Positions 1 to 9,419 of a DNA stretch of 43,610 nt are shown piece after piece. The position numbers were made by a program, and so were the translations under genes. How positions within the stretch are numbered: position 1 is the stretch's first letter; the number at the start of each line of letters is the position of its first letter. Below the pieces are notes generated by a model. That model ran no database searches. It was not told the origin of the DNA and saw only the letters and a program-made list of their open reading frames with translations. Origin of the DNA: Cyanophyceae cyanobacterium (GTDB lineage: Bacteria > Cyanobacteriota > Cyanobacteriia > Cyanobacteriales > Laspinemataceae); NCBI GenBank assembly GCA_038321985.1, contig JBBQFN010000040.1:1-43610 (forward strand). Direction: 5' to 3'.

Positions 1-183
1 CTTCGCAGGGCCACCCACTGCCGGATTGCAGGGTTGCCACGCAATCTTATCCAAATTCAGCGTCAGCAAAAGGGTGCGACACCCAAGACGTGCCGTAGCG
101 AGTGCTGCTTCACATCCCGAGTGACCCGCACCCACAACAACTACATCAAAAACATCTTGAAATTCTGGTGTTGGCATGGTCAT
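1..183 (-). CDS. mnmG: tRNA uridine-5-carboxymethylaminomethyl(34) synthesis enzyme MnmG/GidA, N-terminal 61 codons (runs off window edge)
   Basis: Manual translation of the minus strand (not in the ORF track): [61 protein letters not shown]. This has the GAGHxGxEAA FAD-binding motif and the [11 protein letters not shown]idA signature. Confidence 0.95.
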   Translation of the reverse strand, partial: MTMPTPEFQDVFDVVVVGAGHSGCEAALATARLGCRTLLLTLNLDKIAWQPCNPAVGGPAK

Positions 184-1093
184 TGGATCTGGGTGGTGTT
201 GGACTCTTATTTAATAATAGCGTTTCTCATTCACTTCTTCACTGGGGATTGGAGAATAAAAGTAGGAAGCAATGGGATAGGACGAAGACTTGATTAAAGC
301 TAAATATCTGCCTGAATAAAAACAGCAATTTGAAAGAAATTTAGAAACTCATAAAAATGATTTCCTCCTCCCAGATTTACAAAAAATTCAGGTTTAACCC
401 TAGAAAAAAGGCGCTGCCCTGTCCTTGATCGTGAAGTGATCTGCTTTTGATTTTCTGAGCGAATTCCCTCCCTCAAAACCAAAAGTGATCGCCATTTCTA
501 AAAACGCTACTAATCATTTACATTTGATGTTCATGGGGGTAACAACAGAGATGATCATCACACTGTCGCGCGTTTGGGGGATAAATTTGAGGCGATCACG
601 CCAGTATCCAATCAACAATATAGAGAAAAAAACCCTAATTTGCAGTAGACCAGCCAGACATATTTTTAAAACAAATATGAACAAATAAACAGGGCCATTT
701 CTAACATTATAACTAGGGTTTAAGCAATCCATTCGAGGCGATCGCCCTGGGATTGGAACGGGCAAATAAGTCAAGAGTGGAAAAAGTACCGAGCCCCGAG
801 GCGACTGCTCCAGCCATTAAGGCCAAAAGCAGCAAATAGTCTAAGATTTATAGCCATAAAAATCTAGGTTGATGTTTAGGCAACAGTGACTTCGACGGGT
901 TGAATCACAAAAATGAATGAGAGTTGTGTTCTACACCGTTGTACAGAAACCTAGATCGGGGAGAATCTGGAATTAGAGGATGGGGCGATGTGGATTTAGG
1001 AACCCCAGAGTTTATTGGGGGAAAATTAAAACAGTGGGTATTTTTGCGGTATCTTAAAACAGCAGATTCTTCGTCTGATGCCAAGAGGAGTGC

Positions 1094-1432
1094 GTGAAAT
1101 ATTTTTTTCTAACAGAAGGCTGGACCGTTGGTCGCGTTTGGGGTATGGAAGGACTGTGGAATGCAATTGCATGGCGACGCGAACCTGAAATCGAGAAAAT
1201 AAATTTTTGCATTTTGGAGAATGACGAAAAATTATGGCTTTATCGGGTTGAGGAGGCGGTGATTATGGTGGAAGTCAGACCGATTACACCGGGAAGCAGT
1301 GGGGCCTCAGCGATCGGTCAAGTGGTACTACGACGGCTGATGAGTGCAGAACAAGTAATTGATCGCCTATCAGCCTCAGAAGCAACTTGCCACATTAATC
1401 GTCCGAATTTTGCAAATTTAGGGTCAACTTAA
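1094..1432 (+). CDS. Conserved cyanobacterial hypothetical protein (112 aa)
   Basis: GTG start preceded by AGAGGAG RBS; protein-like composition (MKYFFLTEGWTVGRVW...IGQVVLRRLMSAEQVIDRL). Confidence 0.75.
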   Translation: MKYFFLTEGWTVGRVWGMEGLWNAIAWRREPEIEKINFCILENDEKLWLYRVEEAVIMVEVRPITPGSSGASAIGQVVLRRLMSAEQVIDRLSASEATCHINRPNFANLGST

Positions 1433-1453
1433 CTGCCCCGGCCCCAGTTTATC

Positions 1454-1586
1454 TCTTAGAAACCGGGTAGAACCTGACTCCGGGACCTGTTTTCACTGGA
1501 TTTCCGAGTTTCCGGGCTTGATTCTGTCCCGCTACGGGACCTCAACCCTGAGAGGCTGGGGAATCCGGATGCACCCGGTTCTAAGA
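1454..1586. repeat. ~133-bp element bounded by terminal inverted repeats of the AGAAACCGGGT type (MITE-like)
   Basis: TCTTAGAAACCGGGT at 1454-1468 and ACCCGGTTCTAAGA at 1573-1586 are reverse complements apart from one indel. Confidence 0.55.
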
Positions 1587-1666
1587 AATCAGCATCGACA
1601 ACTGGACGGTGCGATCGCTTTTCTTGACATCAATAACCAAAACTCTTGCATTCGATTCCATCAATA

Positions 1667-1684
1667 GTTACACTTCTTTAAATA
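1667..1684 (+). promoter_or_regulatory. Putative HLR1 (RpaB-binding) direct repeat upstream of psbB
   Basis: GTTACACT-TC-TTTAAATA resembles (G/T)TTACA(T/A)(T/A)-N2-(G/T)TTACA(T/A)(T/A), and lies about 160 bp upstream of a photosystem gene. Confidence 0.4.
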
Positions 1685-1839
1685 CTGTCTCATTTTTGAG
1701 ATGCGATAGTCATCGTGCAGCCACTGTCAAGCCCCCAGCTTAAAGTTTGGTTGGTCAGCAGTGGAAACGCTTTGACTTTATAAAAGGCTCAAAGATAGCG
1801 TCCAAATAGACAACTCAAACTGAGGAGGAAGCGTAGTCA

Positions 1840-3366
1840 ATGGGACTACCCTGGTATCGAGTACACACAGTCGTCTTAAACGATCCGGGTCGGTTGATTG
1901 CCGTACACCTGATGCACACGGCTCTGGTCGCAGGTTGGGCTGGTTCAATGGCCCTGTACGAACTGGCAATTTTCGATCCGAGCGATCCCGTCCTGAACCC
2001 CATGTGGCGTCAGGGTATGTTCGTGATGCCCTTCATGGCTCGCCTGGGCGTAACTGACTCTTGGAGAGGCTGGAGCATTACCGGCCAAAGCGCAGCTGAC
2101 GTCGGGTTCTGGTCATTTGAAGGTGTTGCAACCGCTCATATTGTCCTATCCGGATTGCTGTTCCTAGCAGCTTGCTGGCACTGGGTTTATTGGGATTTGG
2201 AACTGTTCAGCGATCCACGCACCGGCGAACCCGCCTTAGATTTGCCAAAAATGTTTGGCATTCACCTATTCTTATCGGGTCTGCTGTGCTTCGGATTTGG
2301 AGCATTTCACCTCACCGGCTTATTCGGACCGGGAATGTGGATTTCTGACCCTTATGGCTTAACGGGACATATTCAACCCGTGGCTCCAGAGTGGGGACCT
2401 GATGGCTTTAACCCCTTTAACGCGGGGGGCATCGTGGCTCACCACATTGCAGCGGGTATTGTGGGGATTATTGCTGGGATTTTCCACTTGTCTGTACGTC
2501 CGCCTGAGCGCCTGTACCGAGCACTGCGGATGGGGAACATCGAAACGGTTCTCTCTAGCAGTATCGCCGCAGTCTTTTTCGCAGCTTTCGTGGTTGCCGG
2601 TACCATGTGGTACGGTTCCGCCACGACCCCGATCGAACTGTTTGGTCCGACCCGCTATCAGTGGGATAGCAGTTACTTCCAGCAGGAAATCGATCGCCGC
2701 GTTCAAACCGCTGTGGCTCAAGGGGCTAACCAAGAACAAGCCTGGGCTACTATCCCTGAAAAACTGGCGTTCTACGATTATGTTGGCAACAACCCCGCTA
2801 AAGGTGGGCTGTTCCGCGTAGGACCGATGAACCAAGGGGATGGACTCGCCCAAACTTGGCTGGGTCATCCTGTATTTACAGATGGTGAAGGCCGCGTACT
2901 GTCCGTGCGTCGCCTTCCTACCTTCTTTGAAACCTTCCCCGTAGTCTTGACTGACGAGGATGGCATCGTGCGAGCAGATATTCCTTTCCGCCGTGCGGAA
3001 TCGAAATATAGCTTTGAACAAACCGGCGTAACGGTTAGTTTCTACGGCGGGGAGCTCAATGGTCAAACTATTAGTGAACCGGCCTTAGTCAAGCAGTACG
3101 CTCGTAAGGCTCAGTTAGGCGAACCGTTCGCGTTTGATCGCGAAACCCTCGACTCTGATGGGGTTTTCCGCACCAGCACTCGCGGTTGGTTTACCTATGG
3201 TCATGCCTGCTTTGCTCTGTTGTTCTTCTTCGGTCATATCTGGCACGGTTCTCGGACAATTTTCCGGGATGTGTTTGCTGGGATCGATCCGGATCTGGAA
3301 GAACAGGTCGAGTTTGGTCTGTTCCAAAAAGTCGGGGATGTTTCGACCCGCAAGCAAGAAGTTTAG
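1840..3366 (+). CDS. psbB: Photosystem II CP47 core antenna protein
   Basis: [42 protein letters not shown]-terminus, 508 aa, GAGGAGG RBS. Confidence 0.99.
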   Translation: MGLPWYRVHTVVLNDPGRLIAVHLMHTALVAGWAGSMALYELAIFDPSDPVLNPMWRQGMFVMPFMARLGVTDSWRGWSITGQSAADVGFWSFEGVATAHIVLSGLLFLAACWHWVYWDLELFSDPRTGEPALDLPKMFGIHLFLSGLLCFGFGAFHLTGLFGPGMWISDPYGLTGHIQPVAPEWGPDGFNPFNAGGIVAHHIAAGIVGIIAGIFHLSVRPPERLYRALRMGNIETVLSSSIAAVFFAAFVVAGTMWYGSATTPIELFGPTRYQWDSSYFQQEIDRRVQTAVAQGANQEQAWATIPEKLAFYDYVGNNPAKGGLFRVGPMNQGDGLAQTWLGHPVFTDGEGRVLSVRRLPTFFETFPVVLTDEDGIVRADIPFRRAESKYSFEQTGVTVSFYGGELNGQTISEPALVKQYARKAQLGEPFAFDRETLDSDGVFRTSTRGWFTYGHACFALLFFFGHIWHGSRTIFRDVFAGIDPDLEEQVEFGLFQKVGDVSTRKQEV

Positions 3367-3390
3367 AGCCGTTAACCTCTAGCTGTGAGT

Positions 3391-3448
3391 AAGGTCTAAC
3401 AACTGGACTGGTCCCGTAAAGACAAGTGCATTTTGTTAGACCTTTTTT
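3391..3448 (+). terminator. Stem-loop with U-tract between psbB and psbT (terminator or stability element)
   Basis: AAGGTCTAACAA (3391-3402) pairs perfectly with TTGTTAGACCTT (3433-3444), followed by TTTT; the loop is about 30 nt. Confidence 0.5.
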
Positions 3449-3497
3449 CTATTGCTTGGTAGACTGGTGTTATTGGGATTATCAGGAATTTATCATT

Positions 3498-3593
3498 ATG
3501 CAGAGTATCGCTTACATCTTAATTCTGACTTTAGCCATTGGTGTGCTGTTTTTTGCGATCGCCTTCCGTGAACCCCCTCGTATTGGCAAGTAA
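3498..3593 (+). CDS. psbT: Photosystem II reaction centre protein T
   Basis: Manual translation (below the ORF-track cutoff): MQSIAYILILTLAIGVLFFAIAFREPPRIGK*. It has the FFAIAFREPPRI signature and the canonical position after psbB. Confidence 0.97.
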   Translation: MQSIAYILILTLAIGVLFFAIAFREPPRIGK

Positions 3594-3655
3594 CCACGGG
3601 GGTTAATTTCTGAGTCGATTTATGCTCTAGGAGGCCGTTACAGTTTTAGATCTCA

Positions 3656-3734
3656 GGGAAAAGAAACCGAGTTTATGGCCCGGATTTGTTACAAAACCCG
3701 AACAAATTTTGTACAAAAACTCGGTTATCTTCCC
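3656..3734. repeat. Imperfect inverted-repeat element (AGAAACCGAGTTT...AAACTCGGTTATCT)
   Basis: GGGAAAAGAAACCGAGTTT at the left end pairs with AAACTCGGTTATCTTCCC at the right end; the motif family matches 1454-1586 and 24119-24133. Confidence 0.5.
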
Positions 3735-4031
3735 AATACTGTACCGATGCTTTACCCCTCTTATTCCCTCGGGGAAAGAAGATTCATCCGGTTAAATATA
3801 CCAAAGCGATCGCTTTGAACTGTCAAAGATAGGATATAAATTGACTCAGATTTTACGCCGGGTTATGCCCCTTTTTGCAAGCTAGCGTCAAGCTGTGCTT
3901 TCCACCGAGTCCAGGCAGGAAGATTTACACCGGGAACTTTGACTCATTAAAACCGCCCCGATCGCCGGAATAATTTCCCCATTCCTTTCTGCCTTACCCT
4001 CGGAGTTCCTCTCGCTCACAGGACAATAATC

Positions 4032-4625
4032 ATGCAATGTCCATTTTGCCAGCATACTGAAAGTCGGGTGCTAGAATCTCGCTCGGCGGAATCCGGTCAA
4101 AGCGTCCGCCGTCGTCGAGAGTGTCTCCAGTGTAAGCGGCGCTTTACAACTTATGAACGCATTGAATATGTCCCGATTACGGTGATTAAACGGGATGGGG
4201 GACGCGAGTCCTTTGATCGCTCTAAATTACTGCGCGGAATTGTTCGGGCTTGCGAAAAAACTGGGGTCGAGTCTGGACAAATTGAAAATTTAGTTGATGA
4301 AATCGAAGCTCAATTACAGCAGCAGCGATTTAGACGAGAAGTCACCAGCAATGATATCGGAGAACTGGTCCTTTCTCAATTACAAGAGTTCAGTGAAGTG
4401 GCCTATATCCGATTTGCCTCAGTCTATCGACAATTTCAAGGGATTCGTGATTTTGTCGAAACCTTAAAAGACCTCCAAAATCAAAGTGATCGCCAGGGTA
4501 ATGACTTATCCCAAACCCATGAAGCAGAAAATTCCCCACGGGAATCTACGGGTGATCAAGCCTCATTAACTATCAATGATGATCCCCAGGAAGCTCCCAC
4601 AGTCTCTTCTCTGGCTCAATCTTAG
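4032..4625 (+). CDS. nrdR: Transcriptional repressor NrdR
   Basis: Zn-ribbon MQCPFC...[23 protein letters not shown]-cone, [13 protein letters not shown]. Confidence 0.97.
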   Translation: MQCPFCQHTESRVLESRSAESGQSVRRRRECLQCKRRFTTYERIEYVPITVIKRDGGRESFDRSKLLRGIVRACEKTGVESGQIENLVDEIEAQLQQQRFRREVTSNDIGELVLSQLQEFSEVAYIRFASVYRQFQGIRDFVETLKDLQNQSDRQGNDLSQTHEAENSPRESTGDQASLTINDDPQEAPTVSSLAQS

Positions 4626-5325
4626 CGCAAAATTAGGGCGGGGGAGCAATCCGCTTCAGGGTCCAAAGTTCCCCGTTAACCGTTCAGCTATCTTTAAAAT
4701 AAATTTTTTTCAAGGAAAGCGATCGCCCTTGATCTCGAATGGATCTGTCCCCTCAGTACAGGTGGCATCCCCTTCCAATCGAGGGTCTTAACTAGAGAGT
4801 GTTTCAAAAATTTAATACCCTCACTGTTCAAAAAGAGTCATTCAAGCTATAATAGTTTTTCTAGGCTTAAAATTTTCCAAAGGAAAGCGTCTAAAATAGT
4901 ACGGAAGCGTCTTTTTGACGTCATCTGAATGCTTGCAAGCCGAATCGGAAGTTGAATCGAACCAGCCATCAAAAACTTGGCTGACTCTTTGAGGGGAAAC
5001 TTCTCGAAGTCAATTCTCTCCGCTTGGCCTGTAAGCGGGGAAGCTGAACCAACAGAAGCAGTCCAAACGCGGCATTCCGTGCCACAGACCCGCTCCTTTG
5101 ACAGCGATCGCCCCACACTAAACTCTAACTTTTTTGTTTAACCTTGGACGCCCAACTGAGGCATTCAAGGGAAAAGGAGTGTCATGGTGCACTGATGTCT
5201 AGGTTAGCCTAGACTCAAAGTTGCTCAAGATTTCGAGCCGTTTAACGGTTTCAAAATCAACCTCGACAACATCTTTTCACAAATACACGACTACGAACGG
5301 AGAACAGTTCCAGGAATCAAATCGC

Positions 5326-6567
5326 ATGGTCAATCAGAACACAGTCGCCAAAGATGTAGGCTTTACTCACGAAGATTTTGCAGCTCTTCTCGATAAATAT
5401 GACTATCACTTTAGTCCGGGCGATGTCGTCGCCGGTACAGTATTCAGTCTAGAGCCGAGGGGCGCTCTGATTGACATTGGTGCAAAAACAGCGGCATATA
5501 TCCCCATTCAGGAAATGTCGATCAACCGGGTTGACGCTCCGGATGAAGTCCTGCAATCGAACGAGACTCGCGAGTTCTTTATCCTAACCGATGAGAACGA
5601 AGATGGACAGCTCACCTTAAGCATCCGCCGCATTGAATATATGCGCGCTTGGGAGCGAGTGCGTCAGTTACAAACAGAAGACGCCACCGTGCGCTCTCAA
5701 GTGTTTGCAACCAATCGCGGGGGAGCACTGGTTCGCATTGAAGGGTTGCGAGGCTTCATTCCAGGGTCCCACATTAGCACCCGCAAACCTAAAGAAGAAC
5801 TGGTAGGAGAAGAACTGCCGTTGAAATTCTTGGAAGTAGACGAAGACCGCAATCGTCTAGTTCTATCCCATCGTCGCGCGTTGGTTGAGCGTAAGATGAA
5901 CCGCCTCGAAGTGGGCGAAGTCGTCATCGGTACAGTTCGCGGCATCAAACCCTACGGTGCCTTTATCGATATCGGCGGAGTCAGCGGTTTACTGCACATT
6001 TCGGAAATTTCCCACGATCACATCGATACGCCCCACAGCGTGTTCAATGTCAATGACGAGTTGAAAGTCATGATCATTGACTTGGATGCAGAACGGGGTC
6101 GCATCTCCCTGTCTACGAAGCAACTCGAACCCGAACCCGGGGATATGGTGAAGAACCGGCAATCGGTGTTTGATCGCGCTGAAGAAATGGCTCAAAAGTT
6201 CCGCGAACAGATGCGGGCCAAGCAGCAAGGGCAACAAGAGCAGCCAGCAGTCCCGGTGAGTACAGTCGAAGAAGCGGCAGTTCACGAACCTGTGACTGAA
6301 GAAGCGGCAGTTCACGAACCTGTTGCTGAAGAAGCGGCAGTTCACGAACCTGTGACTGAAGAAGCGGCAGTTCACGAACCCGTGACTGAAGAAGCGGCAG
6401 TTCACGAACCCGTGACTGAAGAAGTAGCAGTTCACGAACCTGTGACTGAAGAAGTGGCAGTTCACGAACCCGTGACTGAAGAAGCAGCAGTTCACGAACC
6501 TGCGACTGAAGAAGCACAGGAGATTCCTGCTGCACCAGAGGAAGTGTCCGCCACCACCGAAGAATAG
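5326..6567 (+). CDS. rpsA: 30S ribosomal protein S1 (cyanobacterial Rps1a) with acidic repeat tail
   Basis: MVNQ...GFTHEDFAALLDKYDYHFSPGD and three S1 domains. The ATG at 5326 is preferred over the TTG at 5221. nrdR-rps1 synteny is conserved. Confidence 0.96.
   Translation: MVNQNTVAKDVGFTHEDFAALLDKYDYHFSPGDVVAGTVFSLEPRGALIDIGAKTAAYIPIQEMSINRVDAPDEVLQSNETREFFILTDENEDGQLTLSIRRIEYMRAWERVRQLQTEDATVRSQVFATNRGGALVRIEGLRGFIPGSHISTRKPKEELVGEELPLKFLEVDEDRNRLVLSHRRALVERKMNRLEVGEVVIGTVRGIKPYGAFIDIGGVSGLLHISEISHDHIDTPHSVFNVNDELKVMIIDLDAERGRISLSTKQLEPEPGDMVKNRQSVFDRAEEMAQKFREQMRAKQQGQQEQPAVPVSTVEEAAVHEPVTEEAAVHEPVAEEAAVHEPVTEEAAVHEPVTEEAAVHEPVTEEVAVHEPVTEEVAVHEPVTEEAAVHEPATEEAQEIPAAPEEVSATTEE
6268..6507 (+). 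repeat. Coding tandem repeat, 8 x 30 bp (EEAAVHEPVT)
   Basis: GAAGAAG(C/T)(G/A)GCAGTTCACGAACC(T/C)GTGACT repeated 8 times without spacers, in frame within rps1. Confidence 0.97.
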
Positions 6568-6937
6568 ATTCTCGGAAATTCTTGCGATCGCCTTGTCTTC
6601 AATCGTCGCTACCGAGGTTTGGGGATGAAGGGATTAATCTTCTAAAATCATTCAGAAGTAATCCCCCCTAACCCTCTTTAACTTAACCTTGATACCTCAC
6701 CACTCCCCCCTTTGTAAAAGGAATTACCTTTAAGCTGCCCGGGCGGATGCAATCTATAAACGGGGGGAGTTTTGGAATCAGGCAGACCGATACAATCCGT
6801 AAATTGAAGCCCATGTAAATGACAGTACAGAAGCCTTGTTCCTAGGGAAACCTGGCCCGAACTCCTAAAAATTCTGCTGGCTTCCTGCGCCAAAGTGAGC
6901 GCCCTGTAATTATCACCGCAAGAGGAGACTAAAGACA

Positions 6938-7678
6938 TTGACCACCATTCAGTGTCGAGATATCAAATTTGAGTACATTGAAGCAGTCATCTTTGATAAA
7001 GATGGAACCTTAGAAGACTCAGAAGATTTTTTAAGAATTTTGGGACATAAGCGATCGCGCATCATCGACGCTCGGGTTCCAGGAACCGGAGACCCCCTCC
7101 TGATGGCCTTTGGTCTGACTAATAACATCCTTGACCCCACAGGCTTACTCGCCGTCGGCAGCAGAGGAGAAAACGAAATTGCCGCAGCCGCTTACATTGC
7201 CGAAACTGGACGGGGTTGGCTGGACTCCCTAGAAATTGCTCGCGCTGCATTTGATGAAGCCGAAGAGTTCTTCAAAAAAAATGCCACCCCTTCCCCTTTG
7301 TTTGTCGGGTCTCTCGAAGCGATCGTCAATCTTTCTCAGGCAGGACTCAAACTTGGCATTCTCTCCGCAGCCAGTACCGAACGAGTCCAATCTTTCGCTA
7401 AACATTATCAACTCGACACATATCTCCAACTTCAGATGGGAGTGGATTCGGGGCCCAGTAAACCTGACCCCGCTCTGTTTTTACAAGCTTGCCAGTCCCT
7501 CGGTGTAGAACCGGGGGTCACTCTGATGGTGGGGGATTCCCCTTCCGATTTTCAGATGGCAAAACGCGCTGGTGCAGCCGGTTGTATCGGGATTAGCTGG
7601 CGTCCGGCGTCTTCCGATCGCCTCGCCGGTGCTGATGTGGCGATCGCCTCCCTAGACGAAATCCTCATTAAATCTTGA
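6938..7678 (+). CDS. HAD-superfamily hydrolase (phosphatase-like)
   Basis: Motif I IFDKDGTL, motif III KPDP, motif IV MVGDSPSD; TTG start with an upstream AGGAG. Confidence 0.9.
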   Translation: MTTIQCRDIKFEYIEAVIFDKDGTLEDSEDFLRILGHKRSRIIDARVPGTGDPLLMAFGLTNNILDPTGLLAVGSRGENEIAAAAYIAETGRGWLDSLEIARAAFDEAEEFFKKNATPSPLFVGSLEAIVNLSQAGLKLGILSAASTERVQSFAKHYQLDTYLQLQMGVDSGPSKPDPALFLQACQSLGVEPGVTLMVGDSPSDFQMAKRAGAAGCIGISWRPASSDRLAGADVAIASLDEILIKS

Positions 7679-7748
7679 AACTTCCTGTTGCTAGCTTCAG
7701 ACTAAGATAGTTAAACGATCGTTATCCAGATCCCAGGAGGACTTAACG

Positions 7749-9005
7749 TTGACTCGTCGCTACTTATTTACCTCAGAGTCCGTCACCGAAGGACACCCCG
7801 ATAAAATCTGCGACCAGATTTCCGACACTATTCTCGATGCCCTCCTTACCCAAGACCCCAAAAGCCGGGTCGCCGCCGAAGTCGTCGTCAATACTGGCTT
7901 AGTTCTAATCACCGGAGAAATCACCTCCCAAGCCCAAGTCAACTTTGTTGAAGTGGCCCGTAAAAAAATTGCGGAAATTGGCTATACCGATGCTGAAAAC
8001 GGCTTTTCTGCCAATAGCTGCTCGGTACTGGTGGCCCTCGACGAACAATCTGCTGATATTGCCCAAGGGGTTGACCAAGCCCAAGAAACCCGGGAACAGA
8101 TCAGCGAAGAAGAACTCGATGCGATCGGTGCCGGAGACCAAGGGTTGATGTTTGGCTTTGCCTGCAACGAAACCCCTGAACTGATGCCGATGCCAATTTC
8201 CCTGGCCCATCGGATGTCTCGGAGACTGGCAATGGTCCGTAAAAGCGGCGACCTGCCCTATCTGCGTCCCGATGGCAAAACCCAAGTCACGGTGATTTAT
8301 GAAAATGGGGTCCCCGTCGGCATTGATACGATTTTGATTTCCACTCAGCACACCCCTGGGATTGGAGAGATTACTGATAACCTAGCAGTCCAAGCCAAAA
8401 TCAAAGAAGACGTTTGGGAATGGGTGGTACTACCGGCGTTTACTGACCTCCAGGTGGAACCTGACGAGAACACTCGCTTTTTGGTCAATCCCACGGGTAA
8501 ATTTGTGATTGGCGGACCCCAAGGGGATTCTGGCTTAACCGGGCGCAAAATTATCGTCGATACTTATGGGGGATATTCCCGTCATGGGGGGGGTGCATTC
8601 TCTGGAAAGGACCCGACGAAAGTAGACCGCAGTGCAGCGTATGCTTGCCGGTATGTGGCAAAAAATATTGTAGCGGCTGGTTTGGCCGAGAAGTGCGAAG
8701 TGCAAATCAGTTATGCGATCGGGGTAGCCCGCCCGGTGAGTCTAACGATTGAAACCTTTGGCACGGGTAAGGTAGATGAAGATAAGTTGCTGAAAGTGGT
8801 CCAGGATAATTTTGAACTGCGTCCAGCAGGGATTATCCAAGCATTTAACTTGCAGCGTCTACCTGGGGAACGGGGCGGTCGTTTTTATCAAGATGTGGCC
8901 GCCTACGGTCATCTCGGACGCACGGACCTTGATTTGCCCTGGGAAGCAACGGATAAGGTGCAATTGCTGAAAGATGCTTTGCTCCCGGCGGTTGCCTCAG
9001 TGTGA
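7749..9005 (+). CDS. metK: S-adenosylmethionine synthetase
   Basis: [26 protein letters not shown] and GGGAFSGKD motifs; AGGAGG RBS before the TTG start. Confidence 0.98.
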   Translation: MTRRYLFTSESVTEGHPDKICDQISDTILDALLTQDPKSRVAAEVVVNTGLVLITGEITSQAQVNFVEVARKKIAEIGYTDAENGFSANSCSVLVALDEQSADIAQGVDQAQETREQISEEELDAIGAGDQGLMFGFACNETPELMPMPISLAHRMSRRLAMVRKSGDLPYLRPDGKTQVTVIYENGVPVGIDTILISTQHTPGIGEITDNLAVQAKIKEDVWEWVVLPAFTDLQVEPDENTRFLVNPTGKFVIGGPQGDSGLTGRKIIVDTYGGYSRHGGGAFSGKDPTKVDRSAAYACRYVAKNIVAAGLAEKCEVQISYAIGVARPVSLTIETFGTGKVDEDKLLKVVQDNFELRPAGIIQAFNLQRLPGERGGRFYQDVAAYGHLGRTDLDLPWEATDKVQLLKDALLPAVASV

Positions 9006-9069
9006 GAGGGATGTTAGGATTGCTCACCCATCGGTAACAAAAAGACTGTTATCATGGGGGATGAATTAG

Positions 9070-9120
9070 AAGTGAGAAACGGTTGCGACTGCCAAGGTTG
9101 CCTGTTTCTCACTTTTTTAT
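9070..9120 (+). terminator. Putative intrinsic terminator after metK
   Basis: AAGTGAGAAAC...GTTTCTCACTT stem followed by a T-rich tract. Confidence 0.55.
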
Positions 9121-9419
9121 TTTTGCTTTATCGTGAGATGAAAGCCCACAAATTTAAGGCTGTAGGTTTTTGTAGACCTCCGAAAACCGAATTCCGTATG
9201 ACAAGTGGATTGGGTATAATCCTGTGGAATCTGCGTCTTTGTCAAAAACTTAACCGGCTAAGAGCGGCGGGGGGAGTTTTGAGCAGCGGCCATCCCTGAC
9301 CCTGATCGCGGCGAGACTCCAAAAAGGGACCCTTCAATCCTTTTTTCCCTAGGGGCAGGTCTCAAATTGCGAAACTCTCTTCAATAGGGTACGCTTGCTG
9401 TGGATCGCAAAAGGGGAAA

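Noticed and set aside
184..1093. Short ORFs (60-87 aa) in the long AT-rich region upstream of mnmG
   Set aside because: They overlap each other on opposite strands, with no convincing RBS or motifs; no RNA gene was recognised either.
2359..3066. 235-aa antisense ORF in psbB (and similar shadow ORFs in rps1, metK, CHAT, acs and WD40)
   Set aside because: They fully overlap well-identified genes in other frames and have no recognisable motifs.
5221..5325. N-terminal extensions given by the ORF track for rps1 (also DUF3326, CPBP protease, YkvA, SIMPL)
   Set aside because: Family-like sequence begins at downstream start codons; some extensions derive from repeats or overlap the upstream gene.
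6268..6507. 30-bp repeats as a CRISPR array
   Set aside because: The units are head-to-tail with no spacers, lie in frame within rps1, and no cas genes are present.
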